Assembly (NCBI GenBank): GCA_003247225.1
Contig: QKAK01000057.1
Span: forward strand, 4,774-68,773
Length of the DNA stretch: 64,000 nucleotides
Origin: Spirochaetota bacterium
GTDB lineage: Bacteria > Spirochaetota > Spirochaetia > Treponematales > UBA12059
Direction of reading: 5' to 3'
Shown in pieces: positions 45,253 through 53,526 of this stretch (its first letter is position 1; each line of letters begins with the position of its first letter). The notes below the pieces were generated by a model that saw only the letters and a program-made list of their open reading frames with translations, ran no database searches and was not told where the DNA came from. The translations under genes were made by a program, and so were the position numbers.

Positions 45253-48200
45253 CGCCCGCCCGCCTCGCGGCCGCGGTACAGCGGGTCGACGCCTATCGTA
45301 CCGACGAGCGAAGCGGCGTATCCCGGCCGCGACGCCCGCTCGAGGCTCTCCCGGACGGTCGCGAGCTCGCGGCGGGCCTTCGCGAGGTCTCGCTCGTCGC
45401 GGCCGCGCGGTGAGCCGAGGAATTCCTCGAGGTAGGCGACGCCCTCGCGGAGCCTCGCGCGCTCGGCCTCGGCGTAGGCTTCGAGGCGCGCGGCGTACCA
45501 GTCCGAGGACAGCACGTAGTCGCGGTCGAACAGGCGCCGCAGCTCGGGGTCGCCCAGGCCCTTGCCGTTCCAGGAGCCCTCGGCCATCACGCGCAGGATG
45601 GCCTGGAGCGGCGGGATGGCCGCCTCGATCGAGCCGTCCTGGACGTAGTCGCGCGCGACGCGCTCCTGGGCCTCGGCGATGTTGAGGACGCCGTCGGCGA
45701 AGTACTCGAGGCTCTGCAGCTCGGGCCGGAGCACCTCCTCGGGGAACACCGACGACGGGGCGTCGAAGATGCGGCCGAGGAAGTGCGACGCGAACAGCGG
45801 CGTGATGCGCCAGCCGAGCCGGCCCGCCGGTATGGTCCGGCCGCCGAGCTCGAAGTCCTCGACGCGCTCGAGGTAGCCGTGCTCGATCAAGAAGGCCGGG
45901 TCACGCTCCTCGGGCGTCAGCCTGGCCCACAGCTCGGGCACTAGCAGCGATATATCGTGGTCTATCCTGTACTTGTGGCCGATGTAGCCGGCGGCCGTGG
46001 AGAAACCGTCGTATCCCCCGAGTATGAAGCCGAGCAGGGCGTTGTTCAGGTCCGAGGTCGGCGTCAGCGAGTTGAACGGGCCCTTGGTCAGCGCTCCCTC
46101 GGATCCGGCGCCGGTCGTCGACGGGCTCTTCCCGGTCAGCGAGCAGATGAAGTCCATGAACAGCTCTGGCAGCTCCTGGTAATGGACCGGCCCGTAGACG
46201 GCCAGCGGCCTGATGCCGGCCTCCGGCTCTGGCGGGTTGTTGCGCCTGCCCGGCAGCACGGCGCCGACCGGGTAGTAGACCGGCGCGTCGGCCCTGACCA
46301 TGCGGAACAGCCTGGCCCCGACGTCGGCCAGGTAGCGATCGAGCGGCGCGGCGTAGTTGCGGTCCAGCTGCAGGTAGCGCGGGTTCTTGGACGGCTTGCC
46401 GTCGACGATACGGGGCTTCGACGAGACGACGAACCAGCGGAACCCGTCGTCGCCCTCGGCGCCGACTATCATCTCGCGCATCGGCTCGGTGTACTCGGAC
46501 AGCTCCACGGTGCGCTCGACCATCTCGTTGGCGTTGGCGCGCGACAGCGGCTCGAAGTTCGAGATGAAGTTGTCGGGCCGCGCCATGTCGGCCTCGGCCT
46601 GCTTGTCGTAGCCGCGATGGATCGCGTCGTCGGGGCGCTGGAAGAACCTGGCCTCGCAGTTCTTGACGAACTTGACCGATTCGCCCCGTACGTCGTCGGG
46701 CAGGCCCGACAGGGCCGGCGTCGGCGCTATGACCGACGCGGTGATGTCGTCCTCCCACTGGATCTTCGCCGCGGGCATGTAGTCCTGCCTGAGCTTGTGG
46801 ATGGACCTGGCGCCTTCGGGGGTGAAGCCGACGCGAAGGTACGAGCCCTGGACGGGGCGGCCGTCGTACTTGACCACGTTGCCGGCGGCGCCGTTGACGA
46901 CGTCGGTGGTGAAATGGGACGCCCAGTCGTCGCCCCACTCCGGGCGGTAGAAGCGCTTGACCAGGAAGACGAGCGCCTTGACGCGATCCGGTATGGCGGC
47001 CAGCCACTCGTTGTACACGTCGGTGTACAGCTCCGAGGGTGAAAGCAGCTTGATGACGCTGCCGAGGGAGCGCTTGTCCGACAGGATCGAGCGGCTGGCG
47101 GAGCCGTGGTTCTCCGCGGGGTCCTTGAAGCGGGTGCCGTACGGATACTCGATGACGGCCTTGACCATCGCCATGTCGGCGGCGAAGTCGCCGGTGACGA
47201 TCGGGCCGTCGCTCATCGCGTCGGTGATCTGCTTGGATATCTCGGACTTGCCGCCGCCGGAGACCGTGCACGGCTTATGGCACAGGAGGCCGTCGGCCTG
47301 CGTGCCGATGAGGCGCCACGAACCGGTCTTGGGGTGCTGCTGCATCTCGATCCTGTAGCCGGTCGGATGCACGTAGGTCTCGCCGGGGAGTATCCGCAGG
47401 CTCTGCTCGACGCCGTCCCTGCGCCAGACGGCCTTCTGCGTGTCGATGGACAGCACGGCGTCCTCCGGCAGGTAGATCACGCTCGGGAAGACGGCGTCGA
47501 TGGCGTAGCCCTCCGGCCGCAGCTCGATGCGGTCGCCGAGCAGGCGCACCACGTCGTCGAAGCGCTGGCCCTTCGAGCGCAGGTTGGTATCCGGCACGAA
47601 GCGGTTCCCGAGGTTGAAGCTGGGCAGCACGAGCGCGCCGCCGGCGTGCTCCTCCTCGGTCAGGCCGAGCAGGTTCGACGAGTAGGAGATCTGCGTCTTG
47701 ATCTCCTTCTTGGAGTACCCGAAGTAGTTGTCCGCGATGATGGTGACGATGACGCCGCGCTCGTCGCGGGCGCAGAGCTTGAACGGCTGGCCGCCGTTGT
47801 ACGGTTCGGACGGATCCTTCCAGGCCATGCCGTCGCGCCTCTGGCGCTCGGTGGCCTCGTCCCAGGACGGCAGGCCGAGCGCCTTCTTCGGCGTCCCGAC
47901 GAGGTGGGTGGCCAGGATGATGCAGCCCGTGTGGCCCGACCAGTGGAGCGGGTCGAGCGCGGCGTCGTTGGCCGAGACGTAGGGGTCTCCGGAGTTCCCG
48001 AAGATGCTCTCGACGAAGTCGAGGTTGGCGGCGAGCGAGGCCGGCGCGAAGAAGCGGGTCTCCATCGAGCGCTCCTCGTAGAGCCCGGGCACCTCCGGCC
48101 GCACCGTCGGCCTCATCAGCAGGGACAGGAAGCAGCGGGCGGGCTCCGGCTCCTGGGCCGTGAACGGCAGTACCAGGAGATCGTCCGGCGGGTTCAGCGC

Positions 48201-48722
48201 CGCGGCGAGCATCCTGGCGAACGCTATCTTCGGCACGGCCAGCTTGTCGAGCGGGATCGGCAGGCCCCCCTCGGCTATATGGAAGACGCCCTTCGTGGTG
48301 CGCCGGTCGTTCTTGGGGTTATGGAGGATGCCGTTGCGCACCCGGTACGAGGCCAGGGTCGGCGATCGGTACTCGTGGGCGTCAGGCGGCAGCGACAGCT
48401 CCCTGGCCATGCCGTATCGGTCGAGCGTCAGCGTGTTCGAGGGCAGTCGGGGCGCCTCGCCGTCGGGCAGGTCGGCTAGGTACGAGTCGAGGAACGCCTG
48501 GATGCGGGCGTCGGCCGGGGGGAGGTAGTCGGCGAGCAGCCGCGCCTTCTCCCGGTAGTTGAGCAGCATGTCGTTGGCGAGCTCGAGGAACGCGGTGCCT
48601 TCCTTGCCGTAGACCGGCAGGCCGAGGGCCGATAGCTTCAGGTTGATGTATGCGATGAGCCTTCCCCGTTCAGACGGCGAGCGTCGATCCAGGGTGACTC
48701 CGAAGTCGCGTTTTGCCGGCAT
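45249..48722 (-). CDS. Large (1157 aa) conserved protein with PEPCK-like kinase motifs; candidate PPi-type phosphoenolpyruvate carboxykinase
   Basis: The size matches the ~1150-aa PPi-PEPCK class. TVSGGGKSEISK resembles the PEPCK kinase-1a P-loop (GLSGTGKTT in ATP-PEPCK). NYFGYSKKEIK resembles the PEPCK-specific YGGxxKK motif. Its stop overlaps the hutI ATG (ATGA). Confidence 0.4.
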   Translation of the reverse strand: MPAKRDFGVTLDRRSPSERGRLIAYINLKLSALGLPVYGKEGTAFLELANDMLLNYREKARLLADYLPPADARIQAFLDSYLADLPDGEAPRLPSNTLTLDRYGMARELSLPPDAHEYRSPTLASYRVRNGILHNPKNDRRTTKGVFHIAEGGLPIPLDKLAVPKIAFARMLAAALNPPDDLLVLPFTAQEPEPARCFLSLLMRPTVRPEVPGLYEERSMETRFFAPASLAANLDFVESIFGNSGDPYVSANDAALDPLHWSGHTGCIILATHLVGTPKKALGLPSWDEATERQRRDGMAWKDPSEPYNGGQPFKLCARDERGVIVTIIADNYFGYSKKEIKTQISYSSNLLGLTEEEHAGGALVLPSFNLGNRFVPDTNLRSKGQRFDDVVRLLGDRIELRPEGYAIDAVFPSVIYLPEDAVLSIDTQKAVWRRDGVEQSLRILPGETYVHPTGYRIEMQQHPKTGSWRLIGTQADGLLCHKPCTVSGGGKSEISKQITDAMSDGPIVTGDFAADMAMVKAVIEYPYGTRFKDPAENHGSASRSILSDKRSLGSVIKLLSPSELYTDVYNEWLAAIPDRVKALVFLVKRFYRPEWGDDWASHFTTDVVNGAAGNVVKYDGRPVQGSYLRVGFTPEGARSIHKLRQDYMPAAKIQWEDDITASVIAPTPALSGLPDDVRGESVKFVKNCEARFFQRPDDAIHRGYDKQAEADMARPDNFISNFEPLSRANANEMVERTVELSEYTEPMREMIVGAEGDDGFRWFVVSSKPRIVDGKPSKNPRYLQLDRNYAAPLDRYLADVGARLFRMVRADAPVYYPVGAVLPGRRNNPPEPEAGIRPLAVYGPVHYQELPELFMDFICSLTGKSPSTTGAGSEGALTKGPFNSLTPTSDLNNALLGFILGGYDGFSTAAGYIGHKYRIDHDISLLVPELWARLTPEERDPAFLIEHGYLERVEDFELGGRTIPAGRLGWRITPLFASHFLGRIFDAPSSVFPEEVLRPELQSLEYFADGVLNIAEAQERVARDYVQDGSIEAAIPPLQAILRVMAEGSWNGKGLGDPELRRLFDRDYVLSSDWYAARLEAYAEAERARLREGVAYLEEFLGSPRGRDERDLAKARRELATVRESLERASRPGYAASLVGTIGVDPLYRGREAGGR

Positions 48723-48851
48723 ATGAGCCTCCGTTCGTGCGAATGGGACGGGCCTTCGCGGCCCGTGACCATCGTAGTATGAACGGCGACTTTTTGCCAG
48801 GGCGGGCGCCGACGACAGACTCGCCGACCCCGACGATGCTATAGTGGCGGC

Positions 48852-49436
48852 ATGTCAAGGAAAGAATTGGAAGCGGCGCTCGACTTCATCCTCAACCGGG
48901 CGGACCCGTCCGAGTTCGAGGTCGTCGCGAAGGCCTGCGAGCGCAGGCGGCGCGATATGGGCAAGTACGCCGGGCTCGGCGGGCTCAATCCGGGGGCGTT
49001 GGCGGAGAAGATGGCCGCCTCGGTCCAGGAGGGCGTCGGGCGCAGCCTGGACGGGCTGCGCGATACCGTACGCGACTACGTGGCCCGCCTCGTCCGCCAG
49101 AAGGAGCCCGGCGCGACCGACGAGCAGATCGAGGCGCTGCTCGACGAATGCCTGCCCGACAGGTCCGACCCCTCGTCGGGGGCTCGGGCCGGCTCGGCCG
49201 CCGACGACCTGCCGCCCGAGGCCGTCGCGATGATGGTCAGGGACTTCGTCGACTATTCGCTCGGCCTGATGCCGCCCTCGCGGCAGCAGGAGCTATGGGA
49301 GGGCATCGACGCCTGGCAGGACAAGTACTGGCAGGCCTTCTCCCCGGAGCTGCGGGCCTTCGTCAAGGCCAGGCTCGAGGAACGGCTCGGCGAGGACGAA
49401 TTCTGGTCGGCCGTGTTCAGCCTGCTCGGGCTCTGA
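48852..49436 (+). CDS. Hypothetical protein (194 aa), no family recognised
   Basis: Complete ORF with coding-like composition and no SD. TATAGT ends 6 nt before the ATG, so the mRNA may be leaderless. Confidence 0.5.
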   Translation: MSRKELEAALDFILNRADPSEFEVVAKACERRRRDMGKYAGLGGLNPGALAEKMAASVQEGVGRSLDGLRDTVRDYVARLVRQKEPGATDEQIEALLDECLPDRSDPSSGARAGSAADDLPPEAVAMMVRDFVDYSLGLMPPSRQQELWEGIDAWQDKYWQAFSPELRAFVKARLEERLGEDEFWSAVFSLLGL

Positions 49437-49556
49437 GCGCCGCGCTCGATAGAATCGCCCGGACGCCTCGCCCCGCCGCGGGCCCCGTGGTATACTGCGG
49501 CCCGATCCAGCTTGAGGCGCGGTCCCGCCGGCGGCGGGGCCCGGAAGAGGTTCCCG

Positions 49557-51098
49557 ATGAAGACTATAGTGCTAGACGGACGAGGGCTCCGCATAGGCGA
49601 CGTGGCGCTGGCGGCCCGCTTCGGGGCGAAGGCGGAACTGTCGAAGGACGCGATCCCGAGGATGAACGCCTCCAGGGCCGTCGTCGAGCGATGCGTCGAC
49701 GAGTCGCTGATCCGCTACGGCATAACGACCGGCTTCGGGAAATTCTGCGACGTCGTCATCAGCCGGGAGAGCAACGCGACGCTGCAGCGCAACCTGATCA
49801 TGAGCCACGCCGTGGGCGTCGGCGACCCGCTCCCCGACGAGGTGGTGCGAGCGATGATGCTGCTGCGCGTCAACGCCCTCGCCGTCGGCAACTCCGGGGC
49901 CAGGCTGTCCACGGCCCAGGCCCTGCTCGATATGCTGAACGCCGGCGTGACGCCGGTGGTGCCCGAGAAGGGCTCCCTCGGGGCGTCGGGCGACCTCGCC
50001 CCTCTGTCCCACGTCGCCATAGCGCTCTGCGGCATGGGCGAGTGCTTCTATAAGGGCAGGCGGATGCCGTCCGCCGAGGCGCTCGCCGCCGCGGGGCTTA
50101 CGCCGGTCGAGCTTGCCGCCAAGGAGGGCCTCGCGCTCATCAACGGCACCCAGTGCATGACCGCGGTCGCCGCGCTCGCCGCGTACGACGCCGAGCGGCT
50201 GGCGCGGACCGCCGACGTCGCGGCCGCGCTGACCTCGCAGGCGCTGCGCGGCATCGTCGACGCCTACGACCCGCGCGTGCACGAGGTCCGCGGGCAGCCG
50301 GGGCAGGTAGAGTGCGCGGCCCGGCTCCGCGCCCTGCTCGACGGCTCCTCGTATACGACCAGGCAGGGCCAGGAGCGCGTCCAGGACGCCTACGCCCTGC
50401 GCTGCGTGCCGCAGGTCCACGGCGCCTCTCGCGACGCCATAGGCTACGTCGTCGGCGCGGTGTCGCGCGAGCTGAACGCCGCCACCGATAACCCGCTCAT
50501 ATTCGCCAACCCGGACGACCCGTCCGGCGGCGACATCATCTCCGGCGGCAACTTCCACGGCCAGCCGATCGCGCTCGCGATGGACTTCCTGGGCATAGCG
50601 CTCGCGGAGCTGGCCAACGTGTCGGAGCGCCGCCTCGAGCGCCTCGTCAACCCGGCCCTGTCGAACGGCCTGCCCGCCTTCCTCGTCAAGGACGGCGGCC
50701 TGAACTCCGGCTTCATGATCGTGCAGTACAGCGCCGCGTCGCTCGTCTCCGAGAACAAGGTCCTGGCCCATCCCGCCAGCGTCGACTCGATCCCGTCGAG
50801 CGCCAACCAGGAAGACCACGTATCGATGGGTACTATCGCGGCCAGGAAGGCGCGCGAGATACTCGGCAACGCGCGGACCGTGCTGGCCCTCGAGCTGCTG
50901 GCCGCGTGCCAGGCAGTCGACCTGCGAGGGGGCCCGGACGGCCTGTCGCCGGCGACGAGGGCCGCGTACCGCGCGCTGCGCTCGGTCGCGCCGATGGTCG
51001 AGCGGGACCGCGTGATGCAGGACGACATCAAGGCCGCCGAGGCTCTCGTGTCCGACGGTACCGCGCTCGAGGCCGTCGAGGAGGCGTTGGGCGCGTAG
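49557..51098 (+). CDS. hutH: Histidine ammonia-lyase
   Basis: Internal start MKTIVLDGRGL... of ORF 49512..51098. Motifs YGITTGFG and the GSLGASGDLAPLSH MIO-forming ASG motif. Confidence 0.93.
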   Translation: MKTIVLDGRGLRIGDVALAARFGAKAELSKDAIPRMNASRAVVERCVDESLIRYGITTGFGKFCDVVISRESNATLQRNLIMSHAVGVGDPLPDEVVRAMMLLRVNALAVGNSGARLSTAQALLDMLNAGVTPVVPEKGSLGASGDLAPLSHVAIALCGMGECFYKGRRMPSAEALAAAGLTPVELAAKEGLALINGTQCMTAVAALAAYDAERLARTADVAAALTSQALRGIVDAYDPRVHEVRGQPGQVECAARLRALLDGSSYTTRQGQERVQDAYALRCVPQVHGASRDAIGYVVGAVSRELNAATDNPLIFANPDDPSGGDIISGGNFHGQPIALAMDFLGIALAELANVSERRLERLVNPALSNGLPAFLVKDGGLNSGFMIVQYSAASLVSENKVLAHPASVDSIPSSANQEDHVSMGTIAARKAREILGNARTVLALELLAACQAVDLRGGPDGLSPATRAAYRALRSVAPMVERDRVMQDDIKAAEALVSDGTALEAVEEALGA

Positions 51099-51209
51099 TC
51101 GGTCCGGCCCTATCGTCCTTTATTTAGCGGATTTTTAATCGCGCGCTTGACTTCCCCGGACGGAACCCTAGACTTCTATACAAGGTATAGAAGATTAGGA
51201 GTATCCGGC

Positions 51210-52067
51210 ATGTTCTCCGTTTCGCTGGCGCTGTCGTGCGCGCTGTTCGCGGCCGTACTGCCCGCGAGCGCCCAGCGCGGTCCCGACGACGGGGCCGCGC
51301 CGACGACGGAACTGCGCTTCGGCGTATTCCCGTTCTACGACGCCAAGACGACCATCCGCGTTTTCCAGCCCCTCGCGGGATACCTCTCGTCGGAACTGGG
51401 GCAGCCGGTACGGCTCGTCTCCGCCGAGAGCCGCGACTCCTTCCTGGCGCACGCGCTAGCGGGATCGTACGACCTGCTCTGGACGACCAACGAGGTCTAC
51501 CTGATACTCCGGGATCGAGGCGCCGCCTCGGCCCTGGCCCGCGGCGAGCCGTCCTTCCACGGTATAGTCGTCGTCCGGGCCGACTCGGCGTACCGGGGCG
51601 TGGCCGACCTCGCGGGCGCCAGGATCGCGGCCGTCTCGCCCCAATCGGTGGCCGGCTTCCTATTCCTCCGCGGGCTGTTCGCCGACCTCGGCCTGGACGT
51701 CTACGAGGACGCGGAGGTCGGTTTCCCCGCGAAGATCGAGTCCATCCCCTTCCTCGTGCTTACGGGCAGGGCGGACGCGGGCGTGTTCGTCGAGCATAAG
51801 TACGACGGATCCGCCGCCTACGAGAAGGCCATGCATAGCCTACGCGTCATAGCCAGGTCCGTCCCTATCCCCCAGTTCCCGTTCCTGGCGGCCTCGGGCC
51901 TCGATCCCGGCGCCGCCGCGGCGGCGCGGGCGGCGCTCGCGAGGATAGACGGCTCGAACGGCTTCGAGCGGGCGTTCCTGGACGAGCTCGGGATAGAGCG
52001 CGTCGTCGCGGTAGGCGACGACGCCTACGACGAATTCAGCGCCTTCTATCGGACGATGAGGCGCTGA
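51210..52067 (+). CDS. PhnD-like (phosphonate-bd family) periplasmic substrate-binding protein
   Basis: Internal start MFSVSLALSCALFAAVLPASAQ (AGGAG upstream) of ORF 51147..52067. Motifs LRFGVFPF...PLAGYLSSELG and DLAGARIAAVSPQSVAGF are typical of PF12974-type binding proteins often paired with sensor kinases. Confidence 0.65.
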   Translation: MFSVSLALSCALFAAVLPASAQRGPDDGAAPTTELRFGVFPFYDAKTTIRVFQPLAGYLSSELGQPVRLVSAESRDSFLAHALAGSYDLLWTTNEVYLILRDRGAASALARGEPSFHGIVVVRADSAYRGVADLAGARIAAVSPQSVAGFLFLRGLFADLGLDVYEDAEVGFPAKIESIPFLVLTGRADAGVFVEHKYDGSAAYEKAMHSLRVIARSVPIPQFPFLAASGLDPGAAAAARAALARIDGSNGFERAFLDELGIERVVAVGDDAYDEFSAFYRTMRR

Positions 52068-52070
52068 ACG

Positions 52071-53516
52071 ATGGCCGCGAGGAGCGCCCGGCCCGTTCGG
52101 CGGATGGCCTTCACCGTTATACTCGTCTCGGGCCTGACGACCCTCGCGCTGACGCTCTCGGCGAGCGCGTACCTGTTCCTCGACGACGCGACGCATACGC
52201 TCCGCGCCTACGCGGATTATATGGCCGAGTCGCTGGCCTACTCGTCGATCGATCCGCTCCTTACCGAGGCCTACGTCTCGCTCGAGGGGGTCGTCGAGAC
52301 GTTCCGGGGCCGGCGGGACATAGCGGAGGCCTATGTCGTCAACGGGGACGGGCGGGTGGTCGCGTCGCTCGACCGGGGCGACCTCGGGACGCTCCGGCCC
52401 TCGATAGGCGCCGGCGCCCCCGACGACGGACCGTTCGGCTGGGGGACGCTCCGCGCCGATTCGTTCACCGTCTCGCGATCCGTCCTGTACCTCGGGACGC
52501 GGCTCGGCGAGGCCGTCGTCGGCTTGTCGCTCGACGGCGTCCGGCGGCGCGTCGCCGTCATCCTCGCGCGCGGCGTGGCGGTGGGCGCCTGCGCCTTGTC
52601 GGCGGCCCTGCTAGTCGGCCTCGGGCTATCGAGGCGGGTCTCGGGGCCGCTGGAGGCGCTAGCCTCGCGCGCGGCCGGGATAGCGCGCGGCGAGCCGCCC
52701 GGCGACGCGCCGGCGTCCGCCATACGCGAGATCGCGATCCTCGGCGAGACCGTGATAGGCATGGCGAGGAAGCTCGACGCCGGGAGGCGGTCCGCCGAGT
52801 CCGCGCTGGCCCTGGCCGCCGCCGCGCGCGACGAGTCGTCGGCATCCGCCGCGCGCCTGTCCGACGCGCTCGAGGAGAAGACCGTCCTCCTCCGCGAGAT
52901 ACACCATAGGGTCAAGAACAACCTCCAAGTGATCATCAGTCTCCTGCACCTGGAGCAGGAGGAGATGAGCGTCCCGACGGACGCCCAGGTCCTCGAGCAG
53001 GCCGAGGCTAGGATACGCTCGATGGCGATCGTGCACGAGATGCTGTACCGCTCCGACGACCTCTCCGACATCGACATGCGGGAGTACTTCGACGCCCTCT
53101 GCGCCGACATCGGGCGCTCGGCGTCGAGGGGCGACGGCGTCAGGCTGGTCCTCGACGTCGACGCCGTCACCCTCAGCATAGAGGACGCCATACCGCTGGG
53201 GCTCATCGCCAACGAACTGATCTCGAACGCGCTCAAGCACGGCCTCGGCGACCGCGATTCCGGTACGATACGCCTGTCCCTCGGGCGCAGCGGCGGCTGC
53301 TACCGTTTCAGCGTGTCGGACGACGGGGGCGGTACGCCGTCGGGGCGGCCGCCCGAGCCGTCGCTCGGCCTGACGCTCATAGGCGCGCTGGCGGACCAGC
53401 TCGGCGCCAGCGTCGAGTGGCGGTGGGACGGCATGGCCTCGGCACGGATCTGCTTCGCCGGGCATGGCTCCTGTTCAGCCCGCGCCGGGGGTGCTATTAT
53501 GGGGGGACCGCAATAA
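52071..53516 (+). CDS. Membrane sensor histidine kinase, HAMP + HisKA_2 + HATPase
   Basis: N-terminal TM segment, second TM/HAMP segment, phospho-acceptor box LLREIHHRVKNNLQVIISLL (HisKA_2/HWE type) and an ATPase region LIANELISNALKHG. No response regulator in the window. Confidence 0.8.
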   Translation: MAARSARPVRRMAFTVILVSGLTTLALTLSASAYLFLDDATHTLRAYADYMAESLAYSSIDPLLTEAYVSLEGVVETFRGRRDIAEAYVVNGDGRVVASLDRGDLGTLRPSIGAGAPDDGPFGWGTLRADSFTVSRSVLYLGTRLGEAVVGLSLDGVRRRVAVILARGVAVGACALSAALLVGLGLSRRVSGPLEALASRAAGIARGEPPGDAPASAIREIAILGETVIGMARKLDAGRRSAESALALAAAARDESSASAARLSDALEEKTVLLREIHHRVKNNLQVIISLLHLEQEEMSVPTDAQVLEQAEARIRSMAIVHEMLYRSDDLSDIDMREYFDALCADIGRSASRGDGVRLVLDVDAVTLSIEDAIPLGLIANELISNALKHGLGDRDSGTIRLSLGRSGGCYRFSVSDDGGGTPSGRPPEPSLGLTLIGALADQLGASVEWRWDGMASARICFAGHGSCSARAGGAIMGGPQ

Positions 53517-53526
53517 AGGAGATACC

